From contig JAWLHK010000002.1 of assembly GCA_041690355.1 (NCBI GenBank), positions 62,001-126,000 of the forward strand: a DNA stretch of 64,000 bases, given 5' to 3'. This document shows, in pieces, positions 8,199 to 17,996 of the stretch. The notes under the pieces are model-generated. The model saw nothing but the letters and a program-made list of their open reading frames with translations. It made no database searches and had not been told where the DNA came from. The DNA comes from a bacterium (GTDB lineage: Bacteria; J088; JAWLBW01). A program made the translations under genes and the position numbers. The number at the start of each line of letters is the position of its first letter. The stretch's first letter is position 1.

Positions 8199-9672
8199 CA
8201 TCTCCGGAGGCGCCGTTCGCGTCGCGCTCGTCGAGGCATCCGGACGCCAGCTCAAGCTGCTCGGCACCACGCGGGAACCGGTAGGTCCCGACGAGGGGTC
8301 TGAGGCTGCGCTCGCGCGTATTCTGGGCGGCATCGAGACGCCGGTGGACCAGTATGTGGGACTCTTCAGTCTGCACCAGGTCTCTCTGCGCACGGTGAAG
8401 CTCCCCTTCTCCGACCGCAAGAAGATCGACCAGGTGCTCCCGTTCGAGCTCGAGGGGCTGTTTCCCTTCGATCCCGAAGAAGCAGTCTTGAATTATCTGA
8501 TCGTCGCCCCGGGCGAAGAAGAGACCGAGCTGCTCGTGGCCGCCGCCCGCAGCGAACTCGTCGCCGCGCGCCTGCAGGCCTACAAGGACGCAGGGCACGA
8601 ACCCCGCCACCTCTGGCTCGACGGATTTACGCTCGAGTCGGCGTGGCGTGCGGGGGGCGGTGCCTGGCCCGAGGTCGAAGGCGAAGCCCCGACGATGGCC
8701 TTTCTGCATCTCGACATCGACGAATCTCTCGTGCAGGTGGCCCGCGCCGATGGTTATCGCGCCGCCCGCGGCTTTCGTCTCGGCCGCCGTGAGCTCACGC
8801 GCCGTCTGGCTGCTGCCGGCGCGCAGGAGGCGGGCGATGTCGAGGCTGCGCTGGAGCGTGGAGAATCGGTAGCCCTCGAGGCATGGCTGGCGCCGCTGGC
8901 GCGCGAAATTCAGAAGACGTTCGTTTCCTTCGAAAAGACGGCCCGGGTGCGACCCTCCCGTCTCGTCGTTTCAGGCGAGGCCGCGCGCTGGCCCGGCTTT
9001 GCCGACCGGCTCGCCGAGCTGCTCGGGCTTCCGGTCGAAGCGCTGGGGTGGTCGGGAGAAGCCGCGGGCGAGACCGACGGCGTTCCCGGCGACTTCGCGC
9101 CGCTGCTCGGGGCCGTGGCCCAGAGCGTAGCGGGCGGCGGCATCGATCTGCGCACGGGCGAGTTCACCTACACCCGCGCGATTCAGCTCGTGCGCGGCAA
9201 GCTGCTCGTGACGGCGGGCCTGGCCCTCGCGCTGGTGCTTATCGTCGTGCTCGGGAATGTGTTCACCTACCTGTCGAAGGACGCCGAGGCCGAGGCCCTG
9301 CAGAGCGAAATCGTCGCGATCTTCCAGGAATCCTTCCCCAACGAGCCCATTGTCGACCCGGTGCAGCAGATGAACGCCCAGGTGCGGCAGATGCGCCGCG
9401 GCACGCAGGGAGCCGGCGGCATGACCGTCGTCGACATGCTCAAGAACGTGTCGGCGGCCGTGGGTCCGGACATGAAGTTCGAGATTCGCGAACTGCACCG
9501 CGATGCTTCGGGCTACCGCATCAAGGGCGAGACCGACTCCTATGAGAACATCGGCGCCATCGAGCAGAAAATCGAAGCGGTCGAGGGGATCAAGGACGTG
9601 ACCGTCAGCGACTCGAAGACCACGGCACAGGGTGCCATCCTGTTCGAGTTGACCATCGTGGGGGACTCATGA
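8173..9672 (+). CDS. gspL: Type II secretion protein GspL (PilM-like actin fold + TM + periplasmic domain)
   Basis: IAGIDISG N-terminus, LPFSDRKKIDQVLPFELE, IDLRTGEFTY before a TM helix, FP..PIVDPVQQM; followed by M and N homologues. Confidence 0.8.
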   Translation: MARIIAGIDISGGAVRVALVEASGRQLKLLGTTREPVGPDEGSEAALARILGGIETPVDQYVGLFSLHQVSLRTVKLPFSDRKKIDQVLPFELEGLFPFDPEEAVLNYLIVAPGEEETELLVAAARSELVAARLQAYKDAGHEPRHLWLDGFTLESAWRAGGGAWPEVEGEAPTMAFLHLDIDESLVQVARADGYRAARGFRLGRRELTRRLAAAGAQEAGDVEAALERGESVALEAWLAPLAREIQKTFVSFEKTARVRPSRLVVSGEAARWPGFADRLAELLGLPVEALGWSGEAAGETDGVPGDFAPLLGAVAQSVAGGGIDLRTGEFTYTRAIQLVRGKLLVTAGLALALVLIVVLGNVFTYLSKDAEAEALQSEIVAIFQESFPNEPIVDPVQQMNAQVRQMRRGTQGAGGMTVVDMLKNVSAAVGPDMKFEIRELHRDASGYRIKGETDSYENIGAIEQKIEAVEGIKDVTVSDSKTTAQGAILFELTIVGDS

Positions 9673-10157
9673 GTCAGCGCGATCGCCAGATTCTCATGCT
9701 CGGCGGCGTCGTGGCCGGCATCCTTCTCTTCTACCTGCTGCTGCTGCGGCCGCTGGGTAACGCCATCGACGACGCCGAGCAGCGCATCGACGAGCGCCGT
9801 GCCGCGGTCCAGGACATGCGCAGCCTGGCCGGCGAGGCCCGGTCGCTGCGGGCCAGTCTGCCCAAGGACGGCAAGGATCTCAATCTGCTCCCCTACCTGG
9901 AAGGGATTGCGCGCCAGGCCCAGCTGAACACGAACATCGAGTACATGAAGCCCGGCAGCGGTGTCGCCCGCGGCGATCAGCGGCGGCCGTCGGTCGAGCT
10001 CAAGCTCGCCCGCGTGAACCTCAAGCAGCTGACGAACCTGCTCTTCCAGATCGAAGTCCAGGGCCGGTACCCGCTGACCGTCGAAGAGATTCACATCAAG
10101 AAACGCTTCGATGCCCCCGACCTGCTCGACGTCACGCTCGAGGTTTATCAGGGATAG
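9669..10157 (+). CDS. gspM: Type II secretion protein GspM
   Basis: MSQRDR + TM + coiled coil + ferredoxin-like domain (VELKL.RVNLKQLTNLLFQIE); ATGA overlap with gspL. Confidence 0.78.
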   Translation: MSQRDRQILMLGGVVAGILLFYLLLLRPLGNAIDDAEQRIDERRAAVQDMRSLAGEARSLRASLPKDGKDLNLLPYLEGIARQAQLNTNIEYMKPGSGVARGDQRRPSVELKLARVNLKQLTNLLFQIEVQGRYPLTVEEIHIKKRFDAPDLLDVTLEVYQG

Positions 10158-10158
10158 C

Positions 10159-11019
10159 ATGTCGAACCGCCGCCTCTTCATCGAGATCGGGCTCTACGCC
10201 GCGGTGTTCTTCGCCGCCCTGCTGCTGTTCGCCGTGCTGCGGGTTCCTTCGGCGCGCCTCGCCCGGGTCGCCGTGGCCTGGGCCGAGAACGCCGGGTACA
10301 CGCTCGACTACGACGCGGTGAACTCGACGCTGCTCCCCGGTTTCGAGCTCGAGGGGGTGCGGATTTCGCCTCCCGAACCGGGGTCGGGCCCCATGCTCGA
10401 ACTCGACTCGCTGACCGTGCGCACGATGCTGACCCCGCTGTTCCTGGGCCGCGCGGGCGTGCGAGTGAATGCAGACGGGTATGACGGCGACGCAAAAGTG
10501 CTGGTCATGACCCGGGGCGACACGGCGTGGGTGCGCGGCGAGATCGTCGACGTGAATCTGGAGCGCTTCGAGGGGCTGCAGAAGAAACTTCAGGTTCCGC
10601 TCAAGGGAATTGTCGATGCTTCCTGGGACTTCGAGGTCTATCAGGAGATGGTGCGCAACGTCGGTACCGGCGAGATCTCGATCGACGACCTGCGGCTCGA
10701 ACCGGGCAACCTGGCCGGCGCCTTCAAGATTCCCGGCATCGACTTCGGCGACGTCCACGGCGCCGTGCTGCTGGAGAACGGCCGGCTGCTGTTCGACCGT
10801 TTCGCTGGCGACGGGCAGGACGTGAAGATGCAGGTCGAAGGCTCGGTGGCCCTGTCGCAGCCGGTTGCCTACTCGCGCCTCGACCTGACCGTCAAGATGA
10901 CGCTCTCCGAACGCATCGAGCAGGCCCTCGGCTTCGCGCTGCCCATGCTGCGCCTGAACAAGTCGCCGCAGGGCGAATACCTGCGTCAGGTCGGCGGCAC
11001 GCTCGCGGCCCCGCGCTGA
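10159..11019 (+). CDS. gspN: Type II secretion protein GspN (deltaproteobacterial type)
   Basis: N-terminal TM, beta-rich body, C-terminal GTLAAP; position after gspLM. Confidence 0.72.
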   Translation: MSNRRLFIEIGLYAAVFFAALLLFAVLRVPSARLARVAVAWAENAGYTLDYDAVNSTLLPGFELEGVRISPPEPGSGPMLELDSLTVRTMLTPLFLGRAGVRVNADGYDGDAKVLVMTRGDTAWVRGEIVDVNLERFEGLQKKLQVPLKGIVDASWDFEVYQEMVRNVGTGEISIDDLRLEPGNLAGAFKIPGIDFGDVHGAVLLENGRLLFDRFAGDGQDVKMQVEGSVALSQPVAYSRLDLTVKMTLSERIEQALGFALPMLRLNKSPQGEYLRQVGGTLAAPR

Positions 11020-11909
11020 ACCTTCGCATACTCCCGTCTGAAACAGGCCTCATCGAGCTTGAAGGCCGCCGTGCGCAGGTGTTCGCGCACCTCGCGCCGG
11101 TAACGCTGACCATCCACATACTCGTCGAGCACGTCGGCGAACGGAAAAATCATATCGGCGGCCGGCCACGTGTAGGGCCGCCCGTCGCGGTACGCCACGC
11201 AGCCGAGCGCCACGGCCCAGCTCGCCTCGGCCAGGGGGAGGTGGCCGACGGCGCGTTCGAGGGCGATGAATTCGGCCTGGCGGGCGGGGTCGATGAACCG
11301 CATGCGCCGCTGGTAGAGCAACCCGTTGTGGTAGTGGCGCGGGGCGGTGACGACGGCGTCGCAACGCAGCCGGGCGGCAATGAGCAGGATCATCTCGCCG
11401 GCCTCGCCGCCGGCGCGCAGGCCGGGATGCTCCTGGCCGGGGAGCCGGGGCCGGGCTGCGGTGAAACGCTGCCTGGGGTCCTGCAGCAGCAGCCACTCGA
11501 CGACGAGACAGCGAAAACGCCGGTCGCCCAGAACGTCCCGGCGAATCGTGCGCTCTTCGACGTGCGGGGCAAACTCCACGAGCAGCTTTTCGGGCTTCAC
11601 CTCGCCGTCATAGATGCGCAGCAGCTGGCGCATCGGATCGGTGAGTTGCAGCTGCAGCCGCGGCTTGAATCCGCGCCGGCGCAGCAGGGGGAACAAGCCG
11701 AGACGTTCGGCCGCGGTTTCGAGCCCCCGGCGCGAGTAGAAGTTGAGAAAGCGCGTGACCGAGTGCCGTCCGTCCAGATCGGCGATGAGGTCGGCCTCGG
11801 TGAGCGGGGCCAGATCTTCGGGGTCGGGCGCCTGGAGCTCGGATTCGTCGAGCAGGGCATCGAGCAGGCGGTAGCGCAGGGTCAGCCATTGGCGGCCGAG
11901 GTTCGTCAT
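10986..11909 (-). CDS. Hypothetical protein, probable GNAT-like partner of the deacetylase
   Basis: ATGA-coupled to the HDAC gene; EWLLLQDPR..RPRLPGQEHPGL and YHNGLLY..RMRF resemble GNAT motifs A and B. Confidence 0.6.
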   Translation of the reverse strand: MTNLGRQWLTLRYRLLDALLDESELQAPDPEDLAPLTEADLIADLDGRHSVTRFLNFYSRRGLETAAERLGLFPLLRRRGFKPRLQLQLTDPMRQLLRIYDGEVKPEKLLVEFAPHVEERTIRRDVLGDRRFRCLVVEWLLLQDPRQRFTAARPRLPGQEHPGLRAGGEAGEMILLIAARLRCDAVVTAPRHYHNGLLYQRRMRFIDPARQAEFIALERAVGHLPLAEASWAVALGCVAYRDGRPYTWPAADMIFPFADVLDEYVDGQRYRREVREHLRTAAFKLDEACFRREYAKVQRGAASVPPT

Positions 11910-12850
11910 GCGCCCTCCTCGATCACCGCGCGCAGAAACCGCGCCGTGGGCCGCCACGCTTCGGCGCCGTATCCCCCGGCGGGCAGGATGACCAGCGCCG
12001 CACCCTGACCGCGCGCCCATGCGGCTACCATGCGGTCGCGGGCGAGCATGGCGCGGGAAGAGAGCTGCATGTCGCACATGGCGTCACCAATCCAGGGATC
12101 GACGCCGGCGATGTAGAAGACGATCTTCGGCCTGACCTTTCGGGCAAGGGTCTGCAGCTCCACTTCCAGCGCGCCGAGGTAGGCGTCGTCGGCGATATCG
12201 GCGGGCACCGTGCGCGAGATCAGTTCGGCTTTGCCCGTGTCGCGCCACCAGGCCGCCTGCAGCGAGAGGATCCACGTTGCGCGATCGCCGGCCAGACACT
12301 CCTCGTTGCCGTCGCCCTGGTGGTAGTCGAGATCGATGACGGCGACGGGTTCGGTGAGCCCCTCGGCGCGCAGGGCGGCGACGGCCACGGCCGTGTCGTT
12401 CAGCACGCAGAAGCCGGCCGCCTGGTGCGGGGCGGCGTGGTGGAACCCGCCGGCCAGGTTCGCCGCGGGGATTCCCGTGCGCAGCGCTTCGCGCGCGGCC
12501 TGCACGGTGCCCCCCACTGCGAGGCGGATGGCGTCCCAGAGTTCGGTGTCCCAGGGATCGATGCGGTGCATGGCGAAGACTTCGGCCAGGAAGTGGGGCC
12601 GGCGCGCCTCGTCGAGGTAACCGGCCGGGTGTACGCGCAGAAGATCTTCTTCGGGGGCGATCTCCGGTTGCCGCCAGGCGACCAGAGCCGCCCGGGGTGA
12701 ACGCGCAAGGTCCTGCTGGATGCGCATCGGGCGCAGCGGGTCGAACAGGGTCGTGCGGCTCGGCGCGGGCTGGTTGATCGCGTAGGCTTCGTGGAAGAAC
12801 GCGAGGAGGCGCGGGGGGCGCCAGCGGTCGAAGAAGGACATCCGGTTCAT
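11906..12850 (-). CDS. Zn-dependent histone deacetylase-family (AcuC/AphA-like) protein
   Basis: GGFHHA, GFC, DLDYHQGDG, GVD...D and GGY catalytic motifs intact. Confidence 0.92.
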   Translation of the reverse strand: MNRMSFFDRWRPPRLLAFFHEAYAINQPAPSRTTLFDPLRPMRIQQDLARSPRAALVAWRQPEIAPEEDLLRVHPAGYLDEARRPHFLAEVFAMHRIDPWDTELWDAIRLAVGGTVQAAREALRTGIPAANLAGGFHHAAPHQAAGFCVLNDTAVAVAALRAEGLTEPVAVIDLDYHQGDGNEECLAGDRATWILSLQAAWWRDTGKAELISRTVPADIADDAYLGALEVELQTLARKVRPKIVFYIAGVDPWIGDAMCDMQLSSRAMLARDRMVAAWARGQGAALVILPAGGYGAEAWRPTARFLRAVIEEGA

Positions 12851-12953
12851 TATCCCACGCGGGATGCCGCCTGCTCACCCTGCCGGCGCCCCGTCGCTCG
12901 AAATCGGGCGCTGCGTGGGATATCGTAAAGGCTCTGAGCAGCCGGGAGGATTC

Positions 12954-13592
12954 GTGACCAGACGAGCCGATACGGGGCCGGAGGCCGGGCGTCTGGTGCG
13001 TGCCATCCGCCGCTGCCGGGCCTGCGATCTTCCGTCCGAAAGCAAGCCGGTGGCCGTGGAGTTCACCGGGCAGCGCTTCTTTCTGCTCGGGCAGGCGCCG
13101 GGGAAGGAGGAGATCCGCCGGGGCCTCCCCTTCTGCGGACCGGCGGGCCGCAACCTTTTCCGCTGGTTTGCCGAGGCGGGAATGGGCGACGAAGTGACCG
13201 TGCGGTCGCGCCTGTTCTTCTGCGCCGTGGCCCACTGCTGGCCGGGTACGCGCCCCGGAAGCAGCGACGACCGCCCCCCTTCGCCGGCCATGCGCCGGGC
13301 CTGCAGCGCGCACGTCCTGGCCGAACTGGCCCTGGTCGATCCCGACTGGGTCGTGGCCGTGGGCGCGATGGCCGCGACGGCGGTCTTCGGGCGCGCCGTG
13401 GGCCTCGCCGATACCGTGGGCCCCGCGCACCGGGTCGCCTGGGGCGGGCGCGAACGCAGTGTAATCGTGCTCCCGCACCCGTCGGGGCTCAGCCGCTGGC
13501 TGCACGCCGAGGCGCACCGCCGGGCGCATGCCGAGGCGATGCAGGCCCTGGCGCGGGCCTGGGCAGAGACCTGGGGGCTGCCGCCGCGCTGA
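12954..13592 (+). CDS. Uracil-DNA glycosylase superfamily protein (family 4/5-like, Fe-S)
   Basis: CRAC, GQAPG.EE...G.PF.GPAG, HCWPG, LPHPSG; GTG start after GGAGGA. Confidence 0.88.
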   Translation: MTRRADTGPEAGRLVRAIRRCRACDLPSESKPVAVEFTGQRFFLLGQAPGKEEIRRGLPFCGPAGRNLFRWFAEAGMGDEVTVRSRLFFCAVAHCWPGTRPGSSDDRPPSPAMRRACSAHVLAELALVDPDWVVAVGAMAATAVFGRAVGLADTVGPAHRVAWGGRERSVIVLPHPSGLSRWLHAEAHRRAHAEAMQALARAWAETWGLPPR

Positions 13593-13724
13593 ACGGGCGG
13601 CGGAAAAGGCGTTTTTTCGGGTTCCGAGCGCTTGACGGTCGGTTTCTCGCTGTGATAACCTGTTGTTTTGACTGGAAGAATGTCGCTTTTTAGCAAGAAT
13701 ATCCTGCGGCCTCAGACCCGGGTC

Positions 13725-15524
13725 ATGAACATGAATGGCCTCCCGCCCGGCAGGCGCCAGGGGATCGTCCTGAGCGCCCTGTTGCTTACACTCGCTGCCG
13801 GCTGCGCCCACGCGACTGCCGAAGTGCAGCCGCCGCCACGCATCGTCACGCTGCCGCCCATCGTCATCACCGAAGACGAGGGGCCCGACGCCGCAACCGG
13901 CGCCACCCCCGCGCGCTATGCCGATGCGGGCGCCTACTCCGCCTACCTGCGCGGCAAGCTGGCCGAGGGGCGCGGCGACTATGCGAAGGCGGCGGAGTTC
14001 TTCCGGCGGGCGGCGGCGCTCGACCCCGACTCGCCCCATATTTTCGTGCACCTTGCCGAGACGCGCGTGCGCACCGGCGATCTCCCCGGGGCCCGCGAGG
14101 CGGTCGTGGCGGCGATTCGCCTCGATCCCGATCTCATTCCCGCGCACATGATTCTCGCGGGCATCGCCTCGAGCCAGCAGCAGGTCGACGAGGCCGTGCA
14201 GGCCTACCGAAAGGTCATCGAACTCGCGCCCGGCCAGGAAGAGGCCTACGTCTATCTCAGCTCGCTGCAGGCCCAGAACCGCGACATCGACGGGGCCGAA
14301 AAGACGCTGCAGGCGCTGCTCGAGCAGACCCCCGACAGCGCGGTCGCCTTCTATTACCTGGGGCACCTGCACGCAGGTCAGAAGCGGCTCAAGCAGGCGC
14401 GCGAATTCTACCTGAAGGCGCTGGCGCAGCAGCCCCGGTTCCAATCGGCGCTGGCCGAGCTCGCGCTGGTCTACGAGCTCGAAGGGGACGCCGACAAGGC
14501 CGTCGAACGCTATCGGGAACTGCTCACGTACTATCCGCACCGCACCGACATCCGCCGGCGCCTCGGCCAGCTGTACCTGCGCCGCAACGACCTTTCGAAG
14601 GCGCTGTCGGAGCTGCAGACGCTGCAGGCGACCGACGGCAAGAACCTCGACCTGCGCCTGACGCTCGGGCTGATCTACCTCGAGCAGGGCGACTACGATC
14701 GCGCCATGGAGGAGTTCCGCTTCATCCTGGCCGCGAACCCCGACAGCCACAAGATTCACATCTACATCGGGGCCATTGAACTGCGCCGCGGCAACGCCGA
14801 GCGCGCCCGGGCTTCCTTCGAGGCCATTCCGTCCGGCGCCGAGGAGTACGTCGACGCCCAGCTGCAGCTCGCCCTGCTCGATCGCGAGACCGCCGGCGCC
14901 GACAAGGCCCATGCGCGTCTGCAGGCCCTGATCGCGGCCGGCACGGCCAACGCCGACGTCTACGACATGCTCGGGGCCATGCTCCGCGATGCAGAACGCT
15001 TTTCCGAAGCGCAGACCGTACTCGAAAGCGGTCTCGAACGGTTTCCCACCGACGAGGGGCTGCTCTACGGTCTGGGCGTGACGCTCGATCTGGGCGGCGA
15101 CTGGGAGCGCGCGGTCACGCAGATGGAGAAACTCATCGCGCAGAACCCCCGCCATGCCCATGCGCTCAATTACGTGGGCTACACCTTCGCCGAGAAGAAG
15201 GTGCGCCTCGACGAGGCCGAGTCGCTCGTCAAGCGCGCCATCGAAGTGCAGCCCGAAGACGGCTACATTCTCGACAGCCTCGGTTGGGTCTATTATCAGC
15301 AAGGGCGCTACAAGGATGCGTTCGAGACGCTCAACCGGGCGCGCGAGATGGCCCAGGACGATCCGGTCATTCTCGAGCATCTCGGCGACACGGTGCTGCG
15401 CCTGAAGGGGCCGGCCGAGGCGCAGATGTGGTTCCAGCGCGCCCTCGAGCACCAGGACCTGAAGCCGAAAGATCGCACGCGCATCGAAGAGAAGATGCGG
15501 CAGATGACCGACAACAAACCGTGA
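13725..15524 (+). CDS. Tetratricopeptide-repeat lipoprotein
   Basis: Lipobox LAAGC; many TPRs; C-terminal ALNYVGYTFAE...DSLGWVYY...ILEHLGD typical of the TPR gene found upstream of lolB-like genes. Confidence 0.9.
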   Translation: MNMNGLPPGRRQGIVLSALLLTLAAGCAHATAEVQPPPRIVTLPPIVITEDEGPDAATGATPARYADAGAYSAYLRGKLAEGRGDYAKAAEFFRRAAALDPDSPHIFVHLAETRVRTGDLPGAREAVVAAIRLDPDLIPAHMILAGIASSQQQVDEAVQAYRKVIELAPGQEEAYVYLSSLQAQNRDIDGAEKTLQALLEQTPDSAVAFYYLGHLHAGQKRLKQAREFYLKALAQQPRFQSALAELALVYELEGDADKAVERYRELLTYYPHRTDIRRRLGQLYLRRNDLSKALSELQTLQATDGKNLDLRLTLGLIYLEQGDYDRAMEEFRFILAANPDSHKIHIYIGAIELRRGNAERARASFEAIPSGAEEYVDAQLQLALLDRETAGADKAHARLQALIAAGTANADVYDMLGAMLRDAERFSEAQTVLESGLERFPTDEGLLYGLGVTLDLGGDWERAVTQMEKLIAQNPRHAHALNYVGYTFAEKKVRLDEAESLVKRAIEVQPEDGYILDSLGWVYYQQGRYKDAFETLNRAREMAQDDPVILEHLGDTVLRLKGPAEAQMWFQRALEHQDLKPKDRTRIEEKMRQMTDNKP

Positions 15525-15531
15525 TTCGAAC

Positions 15532-16332
15532 TTGAACCGCCACCGCTCCCTTCTGCTCTTCGTGGCGTTGACGGCAACCGCATGCGCGGGCGCTCGCGTG
15601 CGTCCTGCGGCCGGGCTCGCCCGGCCCATCGACGGCCCCGACGCACTGCTCGAGGCGATTCACGCGCGCGAGCCCCGGGCACCCTTTACCGGCCGCGCCG
15701 CGCTGCGTGTGGTCGAGGCGGGGCGCAAACAGAGCGTGACCCTGTCGTTTCTCTTCGCCCCGCCGGCCCGTCTGCGGGGGGACGCGGTTACCGCGTTCGG
15801 CATTCCCGTCGGGACGTTCGTGGTCTCGGGCGACCGGGTCGCAATGTTCGAACACGGCACGAACCGGTTCATCGAAGGAGACGCGGGCGCGCCCGAAGCA
15901 AGATCGGTGCTCCCGATTCCCGTGCGCCCCTCGGAGCTCATGGCCCTGCTGACCGGAATTCCGCCCCTGCGGGGGTTTTCGGCCGAGCCCGGCACCTATT
16001 CGGCCGACGCAGAGTATGGTTATCTGAGTCTGCGCAACGCAGAGGGGCGGCGCATCGGGCTCAAGGTCGGCCTCGAGACGGGGCTCGTGCGCGACATTCT
16101 CTTTCTTCCCGAAGGGGTGCGGCTGCAGTTCGGTGATTACCGGGAGACCGAGGGGGGGGCCGTTCCCGCCCACGTCACCGTTTCGACGCCGGGGGCCGAC
16201 GATGGCCTGACGGCCGAGGCGCGCCTGTCGGACTGGAGTTTCCGGCCCCAGGTCGACGCGTCCAGTTTCATCCTTGATGCGCCCCCCGGCGCCGAACGGT
16301 ACCGGCTGGGGCGCGGCGAAAGCCAGGAGTGA
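15532..16332 (+). CDS. LolA/LolB-fold (DUF4292-like) lipoprotein
   Basis: Lipobox ATAC; P.RLR.D..FG.P motif; C-terminal F.LDAPPGA; follows the TPR gene. Confidence 0.6.
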   Translation: MNRHRSLLLFVALTATACAGARVRPAAGLARPIDGPDALLEAIHAREPRAPFTGRAALRVVEAGRKQSVTLSFLFAPPARLRGDAVTAFGIPVGTFVVSGDRVAMFEHGTNRFIEGDAGAPEARSVLPIPVRPSELMALLTGIPPLRGFSAEPGTYSADAEYGYLSLRNAEGRRIGLKVGLETGLVRDILFLPEGVRLQFGDYRETEGGAVPAHVTVSTPGADDGLTAEARLSDWSFRPQVDASSFILDAPPGAERYRLGRGESQE

Positions 16333-17981
16333 GTATGCAGATCCAGCGATGGTTGGTGGTGGCGGCCGTAGCCGCAGCGGCGGCCGGTTGCACCCGCGGA
16401 TGCGGCGGCGGTGAATCGGGGCTCAATCCCCCCGCCGAAGAGGTGCTCGGCGAACCCGAGAAGGGGGGGCGCATCATCGTGGCCAGCATCGGCGAACCGA
16501 GCGTTCTGCTCCCCCCGCTGGCGAGCGATTCGGCCTCGGCCCAGATCTCGGGGCTCGTCTTCGACACCCTCATCGAGATCGGCAAGGATCTGGAATATGA
16601 GCCCGGGATCGCCGAGCGGTGGGAGGTCAGCGATGACGGCCTCGTGCTCACCTTCTTCCTGCGCAAGGACGTCAAGTTCCACGACGGCACGCCGCTCACG
16701 GCCGATGACGTCGTCTTCACCTACGAGGCGCTCATGGCCGAGACGACGCCGTCGCCGTACAAGGTGGATTTCGAGCCCGTCGAACGCTTCGAGAAGGTCG
16801 ACGATCATACCGTCCGCGTGACCTACCGTTATCCGTTCGCCCCGGCCCTGCTCAGTTACGCGGGCGCCTTCGGCATCATGCCCCGTCACCTGCTGCAGGG
16901 CCAGCCGTTGACCCAGACCGAGCTGCGCTTCAAACCCGTCGGTTCCGGTCCGTACCGGTTTGCATCCTGGGATAAGGGGAACCGGGTCATTCTCACGGCC
17001 AACCCCGATTACTACAAAGGCGAACCGTACATCACCCAGTACATCCTGCGCATCATTCCCGATCAGGCGACGACCTTTCTCGAACTGAAGGCGGGCGGCG
17101 TCGACGAGATGACGCCGACCCCCGTGCAGTATGCCCGCCAGGCCGACAGCGGCGAGTTGAAAGGGCGCGTCAACAAATACGATTACTACGGCTTCGGCTA
17201 CACCTACCTCGGCTTCAACCTCGAGCATCCGGTCTTTGCCGACAAGCGCGTGCGGCGCGCCATCAGCATGGCCATCGATCGCGACGAGCTCGTGCACGGC
17301 GTCCTGCTCGGTCTCGGCACGCCGGCGAGCGGGCCTTATCGTCCCGACGTCTGGTACCACAATGGCAACATCAAGCCCATGAAGCACGACCCCGAGGGGG
17401 CGAAGAAGCTGCTGGCCGAAGCCGGTTTCCGCACCGTGAACGGGCGCCTGGTGAAGCCCGACGGCACGCCCTTCAAGTTCGAGATCATCACCAACCAGGG
17501 AAACGATTCGCGCCGCAAGACCGGCGAGATCATCCAGCGCCGGCTGTCGGAGCTCGGCATCGACGTCACGCTGCGTACGATCGAGTGGAGTTCGTTTCTC
17601 AAGGAGTTCATCGACAAGAAGAACTACCAGGCGGTCATCCTGGGGTGGAACAGCGATATCGATCCCGACCAGTACTCCATCTGGCACTCTTCGCAGACGG
17701 GCGAAGGGGCCTTCAACTTCGTCTCCTTCAGAAACGCAGAGGTCGACCGTCTGCTCGAAGAGGGTCGCCGCGAGTTCGATCAGGAAAAGCGCAAGCAGAT
17801 CTACGATCGCTTCCAGGAGATCCTGGCCGAAGAGCAGCCGTACGCGTTTCTTTATGTTCCCAAATCGCTCGTGCTCATCGACCGCAAGGTGAAGGGGGTC
17901 GAACTCGGCGCGGCCGGGCTGGGATGGAACTTCGAGAAGTGGTGGATTCCGGCGGCGCAGCGCGAAACCACGCAGCAATGA
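16329..17981 (+). CDS. oppA: Peptide ABC transporter substrate-binding lipoprotein (OppA/AppA family 5)
   Basis: Lipobox; LRKDVKFHDGTPLTADDVVFT; PVGSGPYRF; VRRAISMAIDR. Confidence 0.92.
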   Translation: MSMQIQRWLVVAAVAAAAAGCTRGCGGGESGLNPPAEEVLGEPEKGGRIIVASIGEPSVLLPPLASDSASAQISGLVFDTLIEIGKDLEYEPGIAERWEVSDDGLVLTFFLRKDVKFHDGTPLTADDVVFTYEALMAETTPSPYKVDFEPVERFEKVDDHTVRVTYRYPFAPALLSYAGAFGIMPRHLLQGQPLTQTELRFKPVGSGPYRFASWDKGNRVILTANPDYYKGEPYITQYILRIIPDQATTFLELKAGGVDEMTPTPVQYARQADSGELKGRVNKYDYYGFGYTYLGFNLEHPVFADKRVRRAISMAIDRDELVHGVLLGLGTPASGPYRPDVWYHNGNIKPMKHDPEGAKKLLAEAGFRTVNGRLVKPDGTPFKFEIITNQGNDSRRKTGEIIQRRLSELGIDVTLRTIEWSSFLKEFIDKKNYQAVILGWNSDIDPDQYSIWHSSQTGEGAFNFVSFRNAEVDRLLEEGRREFDQEKRKQIYDRFQEILAEEQPYAFLYVPKSLVLIDRKVKGVELGAAGLGWNFEKWWIPAAQRETTQQ

Positions 17982-17996
17982 GGATGCGGGCATAGC

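Noticed and set aside
12084-15629. 1181-aa minus-strand ORF and similar long antisense ORFs (16137-18965, 34986-37373, 54459-56504, 59288-60907)
   Set aside because: These are antisense shadows of well-supported genes, expected in high-GC DNA, and carry no recognisable motifs.
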